Notes: a model not told the origin generated them from the sequence alone. DNA of 64,000 bases from Actinomycetes bacterium (GCA_021796455.1 JAKACA010000001.1:8110-72109); one strand, 5' to 3'. Numbered from the stretch's first letter, positions 9,442-18,394 are shown. A program made the numbers and translations.

Positions 9442-11073
9442 ATGTCACACCGCATGGATGTAGAGCTCACGAGCACCCGCGACGACGAGACCTTCACCTG
9501 GCGGGTCGCTGGAGCCCTGCAACCCCGGGGAGTTGTCGCGGCGACCTTGCTGCCCAAGGGTGCCAAGGTCGGCGACGTCGTTCGTGTCGAGGCTGAGGTC
9601 GAGATCGACGGGATCACGGTTGTTCAGGTGCTGCCTGCCAAGGACAAGCAGGTGCCCTCTGGCCGTATCGAGATCCTCGGGACGAGAAAGCCAGTTGCGG
9701 GCGTCACCACTGCGCTTGCCGGACCGCAGGAACGCCGACGCGAGAGCCGCTTCTTCCGGGACGGCGACGACCCAAGGCAGGCACGCCCGGGGGGCGACCG
9801 GCGTCCACGCCGTGACGGGCCCGCGGACAGCCGTGCCAAGTCCCCCTCGTCAGAGGGCGACGCCCGCGGCGGCGAGCCAGCCGCCAGGGATCTGAAGGAT
9901 CGCACGGAGAGCGATCGTGCTGCGCCAGGTTCATCCTCAAGGCCAAGGCCGCGCTCGGATCGACCGATGAGCAAGGTCGCCTCCGCAAGGAGGGACCTTG
10001 GGGCGCGCAAGCCTGAGATCCCGGCCAAGCCGGTGTCTCGGGGACCAAGGCGCGAGGATGCTCCCCTGCCGCGTTCGGCGGGAGGCACCAGCTCGGGACG
10101 CGCGGTGCGGCCACCTCGCCCGGCGCGTGAAGCCGAGAAGGCGGGGCGCCCCAGTCGTGGCCCCGTCCGTCTCGAGGCTGGTACGAGGCACCGCGACGAG
10201 CTGATGGCGAGACTGCCGCCTGAACAGCGGGTCATCGCCGACCGTCTCGCGGCCGGCGGACTTCCCGCGATGCGCAAGGCGATCGCCGACGAGCAAGAGC
10301 GCGCCCTTCTCGAGGGGCGCCCTGCGGTCGCGGCCGACTCGATACTGGCTCTGGCCGAGGAGCTGCAGCCCGAACTGAAGGCCGCCATGTGGATGGATCG
10401 GGCCGAGGCAGCTCTCGCCAACCTCGATGAGCTGGGACTTCGTGACCTGCGCGCCACTGTCGTGGCTGCTGCTCCGAGAGACGACAGTGGCCGCGATCTG
10501 GAGCGGCAGCTGCGCGAGGGTCTCGAAAGGCGCGTCACCAAGCTCCGCGCTGACTGGGAGGAGCACCTCACCCAGTCCCTCGCAGAAGGAAGGGTCCTGC
10601 AGGCCCTCCGCCTGTCTGCCAGGCCACCGGAACCGACGGCGCGGTTCCCTGCCGCACTGATCGAGCGTCTGGTCAACCAGGTCGGAGCGGCGATGTCCGC
10701 GGAGACCCCCCCGGATCGCTGGATAGCGCTTCTCGACGCTGTGGTTGCGTGCCCCGTTAGGCGCCAGATCAAGCCGGCTGGGATTCCCGAGGATCCCTCT
10801 GGATCAGTCCACCGCAAGGCCCGAGAGGCGGCGGGTCGCGTTCCCGCGCTCGCGACCATGCTCGGCATGGCGATGCCCCCGCCGCCCAAGCCGCTGCCAG
10901 GCGAGAGGGTGACGAGGCCCCATCCCCCTCGTGCCCCGCGCCCCCTTCGTCCTACCCGACCGGGCGCAGGCAAGCCACCCACGGGTGGCGATGCCGGAGC
11001 TGCGGCGTCCTCGCCTGACAAAGGCGCTGTCCTCGAGCCGTCTGCGGGTCCGCCGCAAGGCGGCGCCCCTTAG
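9442..11073 (+). CDS. hypothetical protein with a small N-terminal domain, a long Arg/Pro/Ser-rich disordered centre and a helical C-terminal domain
   Basis: 543-aa ORF. The ordered-looking ends (MDVELTSTRDDETFTWRVAG...; DELMARLPPEQRVIADRLAAGGLPAMRKAIADEQERALLEG...) favour this strand over the antisense 465-aa ORF. Confidence 0.6.
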   Translation: MSHRMDVELTSTRDDETFTWRVAGALQPRGVVAATLLPKGAKVGDVVRVEAEVEIDGITVVQVLPAKDKQVPSGRIEILGTRKPVAGVTTALAGPQERRRESRFFRDGDDPRQARPGGDRRPRRDGPADSRAKSPSSEGDARGGEPAARDLKDRTESDRAAPGSSSRPRPRSDRPMSKVASARRDLGARKPEIPAKPVSRGPRREDAPLPRSAGGTSSGRAVRPPRPAREAEKAGRPSRGPVRLEAGTRHRDELMARLPPEQRVIADRLAAGGLPAMRKAIADEQERALLEGRPAVAADSILALAEELQPELKAAMWMDRAEAALANLDELGLRDLRATVVAAAPRDDSGRDLERQLREGLERRVTKLRADWEEHLTQSLAEGRVLQALRLSARPPEPTARFPAALIERLVNQVGAAMSAETPPDRWIALLDAVVACPVRRQIKPAGIPEDPSGSVHRKAREAAGRVPALATMLGMAMPPPPKPLPGERVTRPHPPRAPRPLRPTRPGAGKPPTGGDAGAAASSPDKGAVLEPSAGPPQGGAP

Positions 11074-11552
11074 TCCCGAGGGGGTCCGAGGCGCCGGGTC
11101 ATCACGATGAGGCGAGCGGAGAAGCCCGCGCTCTCGAGCAGGTTCTTTGCTTCCCGGTTGCCGGGCAAGGCATACGCGTCCAAGTCGTGCGCACCGCCAT
11201 CTCGTGCCCAGCACGAGATCAGCTCGGCGAGCGAGGCACCGACCCCGAGCTCCCGGAAAGAGGTATCTACCCAGAGGAACTCGAGGCGGGCCAGCGTCCC
11301 GGCACCGCTCAGTGACTCGACACGAGCCAGCGCAATGCCCGACGGCACCTCGTCGACCGTACCGACGGCCACGCAGGAGTCGGGGTCGGAGAGATACCGA
11401 TCGAGCGTCTCCTCGACCGGCAGGGTGACGCCCTCCCTAGCAAGGAACAACCGGCCCCCGCGTTCCCCCGCGATCGCAGCAGATCCTTCGGTGACCAGCT
11501 GCACGGCCGCCGGGACGTCGTGGACGGTGGCGATGCGTGCCTTCACGAGCAC
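11070..11552 (-). CDS. GNAT family N-acetyltransferase
   Basis: 160 aa with an acetyl-CoA-binding-like segment (LWVDTSFRELGVGASLAE) and a C-terminal NREAKNLLESAGF. Confidence 0.8.
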   Translation of the reverse strand: MLVKARIATVHDVPAAVQLVTEGSAAIAGERGGRLFLAREGVTLPVEETLDRYLSDPDSCVAVGTVDEVPSGIALARVESLSGAGTLARLEFLWVDTSFRELGVGASLAELISCWARDGGAHDLDAYALPGNREAKNLLESAGFSARLIVMTRRLGPPRD

Positions 11553-11614
11553 AGGAGCTGTCCCATGGCATGCAGTGCCTTTACCAAGGCGTCAGGTGAC
11601 GCGATGCGCTCAGG

Positions 11615-12199
11615 CTATGGAGCCGAGCGCGGCGCACGGTCGGAGCTGAGCTGAGCGATGCGGTGCAAGATCGTACGACGGCCACGCGTGGAGAGCTCGT
11701 AGAGGCGGACATCTTCTAGCTCCTCGGGCCGAAGCGAGCTGAGGCGCTGCACGACCTGGGATGCCGCAAGGGTGTCGTATCGCGGGATCGCGAGCGATGC
11801 AACCTTTCCCGCGGGGCTCCCCTGCGCCCCCGACGGGCGCAGCCGGGAGCCTGTCACGGCTCGGTTGCTGGCCGGCACCTGGGGGTCGTCTCGTGGGAGC
11901 TCCTTGCGGGCGCCGTCCACGTGCTCAGCGCCGCCCGCTGCGTGGCTCGGGCCCTCGTTCGGGTGCCGGACGACGCCGTCGCGCCGAGATGTGCTGTTGA
12001 CCAGCTTCTCGATCTCCCGCTTGCCCTGTTCTACAGCCATCCTGCCAATGACTCGAGCAACGCTTATCTGCCCCGAGGCGCGCCCCCTGCCCTTGTCAGT
12101 GAGGCGGGGGATCTCTTCGGCGATTGAGACTGCCAGACCGATAGGGGCATACACTCCGTAGTCCCAGAGCAGGTCCGACAGCGATCGTTCGTCAGCCAT
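11615..12199 (-). CDS. conserved hypothetical protein
   Basis: 194 aa. The N-terminus is YAPIGLAVSIAEEIPRLTDKGR. The C-terminal segment IPRYDTLAASQVVQRLSSLRPEELEDVRLYELSTRGRRTILHRIAQL looks like a widespread actinobacterial domain that I cannot name with confidence. Confidence 0.6.
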   Translation of the reverse strand: MADERSLSDLLWDYGVYAPIGLAVSIAEEIPRLTDKGRGRASGQISVARVIGRMAVEQGKREIEKLVNSTSRRDGVVRHPNEGPSHAAGGAEHVDGARKELPRDDPQVPASNRAVTGSRLRPSGAQGSPAGKVASLAIPRYDTLAASQVVQRLSSLRPEELEDVRLYELSTRGRRTILHRIAQLSSDRAPRSAP

Positions 12200-12224
12200 G
12201 CGACGACGCTAGCGGTGCGCCGGC

Positions 12225-12812
12225 TCAGACGCAGTCGCGGCAGAGAAGGCGCGCCTCATCGGCGAGCTGCGTCTCGCTCTTGACCAGGAAGCAAGAGCGG
12301 CATACGAACTCGCCGGGCTGCTTGGGCAGCACTCGGAGCGTGCCGTCTCCGCGCTCATCTGGGTCGGTCGGCTCGTCCTCGTCCTCGTCGTCGTCAGCCT
12401 CGTCGTCTTCTACGACGAGGCGCTCCTTCAAGATCACGTCGAGGCTCGCCTCGACGTCGTCGTCGTCGAGCTCGTCCTCGTCCTCGTCGGTAGCACCCTC
12501 GTCGGCCTCGACGATGGTCGCAACCGGCACCACGACAACCTCGAGGTCGTCGACTTCGAGGTCGTCGACTTCGAGGTCGTCGTCGAGGGGGTCATCGTCG
12601 AGGGGGTCATCGTCGAGGTCGTCGTCGCCAACCAAGCCAATCTCGCCACCAAGCTCGTCCTCGTCGAGAAGGTCCTCGTCGCTCAGATCCTCGAGGTCGA
12701 CTTCGGGGCCGTCCCCGAGGTCGTCACCATCTGAGACGTCTGGGTCGCCCACGACCTCGATATCGATGTCCTTTGGCATTCGTTCCTCGATCTGCTCTCG
12801 TCTCATGTCCAC
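12225..12812 (-). CDS. DUF4193-type acidic protein with a C-terminal CxxC...CxxC zinc ribbon
   Basis: The C-terminus LRVLPKQPGEFVCRSCFLVKSETQLADEARLLCRDCV matches my memory of the DUF4193 signature. The body is extremely Asp/Glu-rich. Start is GTG 12812 or ATG 12806. Confidence 0.8.
   Translation of the reverse strand: MDMRREQIEERMPKDIDIEVVGDPDVSDGDDLGDGPEVDLEDLSDEDLLDEDELGGEIGLVGDDDLDDDPLDDDPLDDDLEVDDLEVDDLEVVVVPVATIVEADEGATDEDEDELDDDDVEASLDVILKERLVVEDDEADDDEDEDEPTDPDERGDGTLRVLPKQPGEFVCRSCFLVKSETQLADEARLLCRDCV
12541..12615. repeat. in-frame 15-bp tandem repeats inside the DUF4193 gene
   Basis: TCGAGGTCGTCGACT x2 plus one variant, then AGGGGGTCATCGTCG x2. On the coding strand these give DDLEV and DDPLD peptide repeats. 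Confidence 0.9.
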
Positions 12813-13184
12813 AGTCGGCGTCGTCTGGCAGCTTCACCACTCGTGCCGAAGCGCGGACTATAGGCCAACACACGGGGGGGCCGGGCTGTTCCCGAGAAAA
12901 TGCTCAGCCTGGATCCGCCAGTCGCTTTCCGCCTCTACCCGGGTGAGCATCCGAAGCGGGGAAATTACGAGGCGGGAGGACCCAGAGCAACTTTGGGGCC
13001 ACCACGTCGCCCCCGCCCGGCGACTGCCGGCATCAGGTTCCGGCATTGGCGTTCTCTACTCGTCTGCTCTAGGGTCCCCACCGCTCGCAAGCCCCCCCGA
13101 CGACTCTTGGACCGTCTCCGACGGATCGGGCCGTGCCCCCGAGACAAAGGGACCCAGTAGTTATGCATGTTTCGTGGTTCACAG
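12813..13184 (-). other. 372-bp non-coding region (long leader or ncRNA candidate) between the ThyX-like stop and the DUF4193 start
   Basis: No convincing ORF on either strand; the track ORFs here are low-complexity Arg/Pro shadows. It holds adjacent hairpins at 13006-13045, a G7 run (12874-12880), a C7 run (13092-13098) and a GGGTCCC/GGGACCC long-range complement (13072-13078 / 13149-13155). Confidence 0.5.
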
Positions 13185-14831
13185 TCAAGACCAGTTGTGG
13201 TGGTCCGGCCCGCCCGGCGTCGACACCGCCCGCAGCTTGGCGCGCGAGACGGCGCGTTGCTCGGCACCAAGGCGGCCTAGCTCGGCGTCTTTATGGTCGA
13301 CGAAGCTCATGGCCGACGCGACAGCACGGTGACCCGCGACGTCGGCTATCAGGCGGTGCATCTCCTGGGCGACCCTGCGGTAAGTGGGGTGACCCTGGCT
13401 CGAGGAGCGGAGCTCGAGTATGTGCATTGCCTCCCGTGCGTTCATCTGCATCGTAAATCGGATGTTGTACGCGAGCGCCACGGCGTAGCTGCACATCTCG
13501 GGGAAGTGCCCGGCCAGCGCGTCGTGGAGGGCTCTCGAACGCTCGAGGGACTCAGCGTACTCGTCCTCCAGGCCGGCTTCGCTCACGACCTCCGGAATGT
13601 CGTAGCCGAGGTCCGTGCCGAGTGGCTGCCACTCGATGCTGAGCATCCTGTGGCGTTGCAGGTCGCGGAACGCTCCGTAGTCGGCGACGATCTCGAATCG
13701 GTACTCAGTCCGCTCGAAGGCTCTTCCGGGTCGATGTCGGCGGTTGCTGCGCATGCCCACGTAGGTGGCAAGGAGGGCGGCCCTCTGCTCGCCGGAGAGG
13801 GCCCTAATGCGTCGTGACAGCTCTTCGTCGCTCAGGTTTGTCTGGCTGTAGCAGATTGCCGCGACAATCTTGTCCTCGCCGGCAGGGTCGAAGTCCGTCA
13901 GTGTGACCCGCACACCGGGCTGGGGAGCTTCCGGCGGCCACAAGCCACGAACGGCTTCGCGCGTGTCGCTCTCGGTCGCTTCCAGGTAGTCGGTCCATGC
14001 GCCACCGCGCGCTGGGAGGTCGACTCGGGTGAGGAACGACGGGATGACTTTTCTCAGCTCTTCCAGCATCATGGCGGCGTAGCGGCGGGCTTCGGGAAGC
14101 GGGTTCGAGCGCATGCGGAGCAGCAGGCGCTCGTAGCTCTGACCGGTGCCGTAAATGCCGACGTTGGAGAGCGAGCCTGCCGGCAGGAGACCCCGGAGCG
14201 CGTCGAGCGACGCAGCCCGGACTGCCTGGCGGTGCACCCTGGGCGAGACGCCCGCAGGCGGGGGCGAGCTCCGGCCGAGGTGCGCTTGGATCTTTGGAAG
14301 CAGCTGTCCATATGTGTCGAACATGCGATCCATCTCCCCGACATATCGAGCGCCGACGGGAGAGTCGAGTATGGCGGGCTCACGTGCGTATCTGTAGTGG
14401 CCAGAGTCGAGCCGCAGGTCGTAAGGGATGTACCGCGTCGACTGCTCGAGGTATGACATCAGTCGGCCACGCTCGAGCACCTTGGTCAGGACATTCGAGG
14501 CCTGCTCGCAAGCGACGTGGACGCCTCCGAGCTGGGCGACCGAGTCGTCACCGTACTCGCTGAACACACGCGCGTAGAGCTGCTCGGCCCGCTTGAGCCC
14601 GACAGTGGCGTCGAGCGTGGCGTCCCCGGCTATATCAAGCTCGTCGACGAACTCGTCGAGGAAGAGCCTGCGCAGGCTCTTGGGCGACCGCGAATAGCGA
14701 GAGAAGAGAGCCCCTTTCACAACCTCGGGGAGGTTGATGAGGGCAAAGACGGGTCCCTCGAGGTTCGTGAAGTATCGCGAGAGGACGCTTCTCTCCTCAG
14801 GGCTGAAGGACTCGGGTGCCGTTGTCGACAT
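13185..14831 (-). CDS. ThyX-like (flavin-dependent thymidylate synthase family) protein with duplicated Thy1-type halves
   Basis: 548 aa. The C-terminal half carries FRDLQRHRMLS (the RHR..S ThyX signature). The N-terminal half carries RLMSYLEQSTRY, which resembles the S....S.RY part of the signature. Confidence 0.75.
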   Translation of the reverse strand: MSTTAPESFSPEERSVLSRYFTNLEGPVFALINLPEVVKGALFSRYSRSPKSLRRLFLDEFVDELDIAGDATLDATVGLKRAEQLYARVFSEYGDDSVAQLGGVHVACEQASNVLTKVLERGRLMSYLEQSTRYIPYDLRLDSGHYRYAREPAILDSPVGARYVGEMDRMFDTYGQLLPKIQAHLGRSSPPPAGVSPRVHRQAVRAASLDALRGLLPAGSLSNVGIYGTGQSYERLLLRMRSNPLPEARRYAAMMLEELRKVIPSFLTRVDLPARGGAWTDYLEATESDTREAVRGLWPPEAPQPGVRVTLTDFDPAGEDKIVAAICYSQTNLSDEELSRRIRALSGEQRAALLATYVGMRSNRRHRPGRAFERTEYRFEIVADYGAFRDLQRHRMLSIEWQPLGTDLGYDIPEVVSEAGLEDEYAESLERSRALHDALAGHFPEMCSYAVALAYNIRFTMQMNAREAMHILELRSSSQGHPTYRRVAQEMHRLIADVAGHRAVASAMSFVDHKDAELGRLGAEQRAVSRAKLRAVSTPGGPDHHNWS

Positions 14832-14843
14832 GCCTGCTTGAGA

Positions 14844-16991
14844 CTAGGAGGTCGGAGTGCCGACAGCGTGGATGGTCCCGTCGGCTTCCTCCACTGTCAC
14901 CGCTGAGGAAGCGGCTACTATTCCGCGCCGCAGACGGCCAGTGGCGCTCTTTGCCGCTGCGCGGACGGACGCGTCCGGTGCGACTTCGGCCAGCTGTCTT
15001 AGCAGGTCGATGACCTGCTTCATGTTGCGTACGAAGTCGCCGCCCGTCATGGCGCGGCGGCGCGTATGGGCGCCACGGTTCCCGCCGCCGCGCGCGGGAA
15101 CGCCGTCGAGCACTCGTCGCAGATCTCGGCCGCGCGCCCAATCTCGGGTCACGGTTGCAAAGCCGACGTCGAGGCCGCGGGTCACGGGAAGCGCGAGCGC
15201 CCGCTCCGCGTCGCCCAGCTCATTGGACAGCTCGGCGATTGCCTCCAGGGCAGAGGCGATTGGACCTGGGGGCGCGGGCGGGGCGCTCTCGCGCTCGCGC
15301 CGCGCCTCGAAGCAGAACGCCGATACCACCGCGGCGAGGGAGGCCGGCTCCAGCCCGTTGAGGATCCCGGCTCGCAGCGTCTCACCTATGAGGAGATCGG
15401 CCTCGTGGTAGATGCCCGCCAACATCTCGCCGGCCGGTGTCACCGACCAGCCGCTCAAGTAGGACCGTGCCGACAGGACCTCCAGCACAGCGTCGAGCTG
15501 GTGCCCCAGGTCGTCGTCAGAGAGGTACTGAGCGAAGGACGAGGTGACAACCCTGTATGCCTCGGCCCGGTCGTAGCGGTGCACGAGGCTGATGGCGAGG
15601 TTGTAGGTAGGCCGGAACGACGAGCTGAGCTCACGGCCAGGTGCACCTGCAAGGCGCGCGACATCGTCAAAGGTGTGGAACGGCGAGGCGAGCACGATCG
15701 CGTAGCCAACATCGTCTATTCCCCGTCGTCCAGCTCTCCCGGTGAGCTGGGTGTACTCACCCGGTGTGAGCTCGGCATGCCCGGCGCCCCCGTACTTGGT
15801 GAGATCTTCGATGACAACTGAGCGCGCCGGCATGTTGATCCCGAGAGAGAGCGTCTCGGTGGCGAAGACGACCTTTATGAGTGCCTCCGTGAAGCATGCC
15901 TCTACCGTCTCGCGAAATGGAGGCACCATGCCTGCGTGGTGGGAGGCGATCCCGGCCTCGAGTGCTGCCACGAAGCGCCCATAGCCGAGGACGGCAAGGT
16001 CATCGTCAGAGAGTGCCTCCACGTGGGTCTCGGCGATCTCGCGGATCTGATTTCGCTCCGCCGCTGTCGTCAGTCTTAGACCGTCATCGAGACTGTGCCG
16101 GACAGCATCGTCGCAGCCCGATCGCGAGAAGACGAAGTAGATCGCCGGCAGCAGGGAGGCTTTCTCCAGTCGCTCGACCATCTCAGCGCGCCGTGGGCGG
16201 TACGTGAGGGTCGTGCGGCGGTGATCGGGACGCGGCGTAGCCAGCGGGCGCGGCCGGCTCCCGCGGGCGTGCTGGGCGTGGCGGCGCAAGAGGGCATCCA
16301 GGTCGATTGCGCGGCGGTTCGGCTTGCCGTCGACGAAGGTCGGCAAGAGCTCGACGCGCCCGGAAGAGCGATCCCCGATGGCGAACATGTCCGTGAGCTC
16401 GATCGATCGGTGGTCCTCGTTCACGATCGCGGTGTCGCCTCGTACGTGGCTGAGCCACGACGCCAGATCCTTGGCATTGCTCACGGTGGCAGAGAGGCAC
16501 ACGAGAGTCACGTCGCGGGGAGCCCCGAGGATCACCTCCTCCCACACGCCGCCGCGGTACCTGTTCTCGAGGTAGTGCACCTCGTCCAGTACGACGTAGC
16601 CGAGCGAGGCCAGGCTCGAGCGCTCCGAGTGGATCATGTTTCGCAGCACCTCGGTCGTCATGACGACGACACTTGCCGCGGGGTTTATCGAGTTGTCGCC
16701 CGTGAGCAGTCCCACCCTCTCGGCTCCGTGTGCCTTACGGAGGTCGGCGTACTTCTGGTTCGACAGCGCCTTGATCGGAGTTGTGTAGTAGGCCTTGGTC
16801 CCCTCCGCCAGCGCGAGGTGGACAGCGTAGTCTGCAACCACGGTCTTGCCCGACCCGGTAGGTGCCGAAACGAGCACTGACCGCCCCGCGTCGAGGGCGT
16901 CTAGAGCTTCGAGCTGGAACCTGTCCAGCGAATAGTCACGCGTGGCCAGAAAGCTCGCCCGGGCGGCAGTCGCGGCCGAGGCCGTGGTCAC
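14844..16991 (-). CDS. helY: Ski2-like DEAD/DEAH-box RNA helicase (HelY-like)
   Basis: Walker A APTGSGKT, DEVH box (VVLDEVHYL), helicase C motifs (TGRAGRRG), and a C-terminal DSHCT-like segment. GTGA overlap with the tatC stop. Its position next to tatC matches mycobacterial helY. Confidence 0.85.
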   Translation of the reverse strand: MTTASAATAARASFLATRDYSLDRFQLEALDALDAGRSVLVSAPTGSGKTVVADYAVHLALAEGTKAYYTTPIKALSNQKYADLRKAHGAERVGLLTGDNSINPAASVVVMTTEVLRNMIHSERSSLASLGYVVLDEVHYLENRYRGGVWEEVILGAPRDVTLVCLSATVSNAKDLASWLSHVRGDTAIVNEDHRSIELTDMFAIGDRSSGRVELLPTFVDGKPNRRAIDLDALLRRHAQHARGSRPRPLATPRPDHRRTTLTYRPRRAEMVERLEKASLLPAIYFVFSRSGCDDAVRHSLDDGLRLTTAAERNQIREIAETHVEALSDDDLAVLGYGRFVAALEAGIASHHAGMVPPFRETVEACFTEALIKVVFATETLSLGINMPARSVVIEDLTKYGGAGHAELTPGEYTQLTGRAGRRGIDDVGYAIVLASPFHTFDDVARLAGAPGRELSSSFRPTYNLAISLVHRYDRAEAYRVVTSSFAQYLSDDDLGHQLDAVLEVLSARSYLSGWSVTPAGEMLAGIYHEADLLIGETLRAGILNGLEPASLAAVVSAFCFEARRERESAPPAPPGPIASALEAIAELSNELGDAERALALPVTRGLDVGFATVTRDWARGRDLRRVLDGVPARGGGNRGAHTRRRAMTGGDFVRNMKQVIDLLRQLAEVAPDASVRAAAKSATGRLRRGIVAASSAVTVEEADGTIHAVGTPTS

Positions 16992-17743
16992 TTACCGAGC
17001 AGCCTGCCGACGAGAATCGAGCCTTCGTAGAAGGCCGCGAGTGGGACCACGAGCGCGAGCATCGAGAAGGGGTCCGAGCTCGGGGTGATGAAGGCCGAGA
17101 AGATCACGATCCCGAGGAAGGCGAAGCGGCGGACGCGTCGCAGTGCGGCGGGCTTCACGACACCTGCGAGCTCGAGTCCGACGAGCACGGCCGGAAACTC
17201 AAAGGCGATCCCGAAGATCACTATGAGCAGAGTGATCAGGCCTATGTAGCTCTGGATGGACACGGCCGGGCTGACCCCCGGGCCGCTCTGCGCGAGGAGC
17301 CACGTAAGACCATGGGGGTAGATGATGTAGGCCGTCGCGCCACCGAGGAAGAAAAGTGTCACCGTGGCGATGACGAAGGGGAGGGCATAACGCCGCTCGT
17401 TGGCTTTGAGGCCCGGCGTCACGAATTGCCAGAGCTGCCACAGAATGACAGGCAGACCGAGGATGATGCCGCCATATGCACATACGTTGAGCCGGGTCGT
17501 GAAACCCTGGAGCGGCGCTAGGTTCGTGAGAGTGCAGGAGACGTGAGTCTCACTGCGGCAGGCGATCTTGTAGGGCTTCTCCAGGAATATGAGGATCGGG
17601 TTGTAGAGCAGGTAGCAGACGATCGCTCCACCCACGAAGGCGAGAACCGAGATGATGAGACGCCTGCGCAGCTCACTCAGGTGCTCGAGGAGCGTCATGG
17701 AATCGGACGAGGAGCTCGCGGCCTTGCTCAAGGTCCTAGACAT
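16988..17743 (-). CDS. tatC: twin-arginine translocase subunit TatC
   Basis: N-terminal MTLLEHLSELRRRLI and a body with six hydrophobic segments. 251 aa. Confidence 0.92.
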   Translation of the reverse strand: MSRTLSKAASSSSDSMTLLEHLSELRRRLIISVLAFVGGAIVCYLLYNPILIFLEKPYKIACRSETHVSCTLTNLAPLQGFTTRLNVCAYGGIILGLPVILWQLWQFVTPGLKANERRYALPFVIATVTLFFLGGATAYIIYPHGLTWLLAQSGPGVSPAVSIQSYIGLITLLIVIFGIAFEFPAVLVGLELAGVVKPAALRRVRRFAFLGIVIFSAFITPSSDPFSMLALVVPLAAFYEGSILVGRLLGK

Positions 17744-17794
17744 TGGTCACCCCGATCCCCTATGTGCCCGGGCTCGCAGCCTTGCGCGGCGATC

Positions 17795-18394
17795 TCAGTT
17801 CCAGCTCGGCTCATCGAAGGAGATCGACGCCTCGATGCCGAGTGGGCCAGATGCGACCGAGGACGGAACCGGCGCGAGGTTAGCGCCGCTGCCATAGCCT
17901 GGCCATGCGGTCCCCACCGACTGCCAGCCGGCTGGAATGTCGCTGTGCTCGGTCGCCGGAGCGTAGCCGGCTCCGTGCCACTCCGGCGTGCCGTAGGAGA
18001 GGCGGCCACCGCTCCCGTCCGTCGCCGCGCGGTCCCTTGGACTACCGCCAAGGCCGAGAAGATCTTCGTTGCTCTCATCGAGCGCCCCGAGCATCGGTGG
18101 ACCGGTGATCGGCGACGCTGCTGCTGCCCTGGCTTCACCGCCCTCGGCCGAGCTGCTCACCATCATCCCGGTCAGGTAGCCCGCGATACCTCGAGCCGGC
18201 ATCGTGGGGATCTTCGGCAGGTCGAGATCCGGCATCGCGGTCCGAACCTCGTTCTCGAGTCGCTCGCGTAGCTTCGTGAGCTCGCGCCAGAGCCCGCCGA
18301 GCTGCCGTGCGGCTTTCGGCAGCCGCTCGGGCCCGAGGATGATCACGGCTACGAGCAGGACGATGAGTATCTTGGCGGGATCGAGTCCACCCAT
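17795..18394 (-). CDS. twin-arginine translocase TatA/TatB family protein (TatB-like)
   Basis: N-terminal helix plus hinge (ILIVLLVAVIILGPERLPKAARQLG). The GPERLP form and the 199-aa length look more like TatB than TatA. Confidence 0.8.
   Translation of the reverse strand: MGGLDPAKILIVLLVAVIILGPERLPKAARQLGGLWRELTKLRERLENEVRTAMPDLDLPKIPTMPARGIAGYLTGMMVSSSAEGGEARAAAASPITGPPMLGALDESNEDLLGLGGSPRDRAATDGSGGRLSYGTPEWHGAGYAPATEHSDIPAGWQSVGTAWPGYGSGANLAPVPSSVASGPLGIEASISFDEPSWN

Noticed and set aside
9624-11021. 465-aa minus-strand ORF opposite the 543-aa hypothetical gene
   Set aside because: Its sequence is almost entirely Arg/Ser/Ala/Pro/Gly low complexity with no ordered-looking segment. The plus-strand product has plausible folded termini. 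This was the least certain strand decision in the window.
13006-13045. 6C RNA (two hairpins with C-rich loops)
   Set aside because: Only the first hairpin, read on the plus strand, has a C-rich loop (CCCGCCC). The second loop is CAUCAGGUU. The plus strand also has no downstream gene context.
12938-13140. Possible ydaO (c-di-AMP) riboswitch
   Set aside because: The minus strand has GAGCGGUGGGGACCC and CCUCGUAA in the right order. However, the conserved GACAGCU and GGGGUGAAUC blocks and the expected spacing are missing. DUF4193 is also not a known ydaO-regulated gene class. A covariance-model scan is needed, so this is kept only as a hypothesis inside the 12813-13184 finding.
12280-13332. 350-aa plus-strand ORF rich in poly-Ser
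   Set aside because: It is the mirror image of the Asp/Glu-rich DUF4193 coding sequence (GAC/GAG read in antisense as Ser/Thr codons), and it continues through non-coding DNA.
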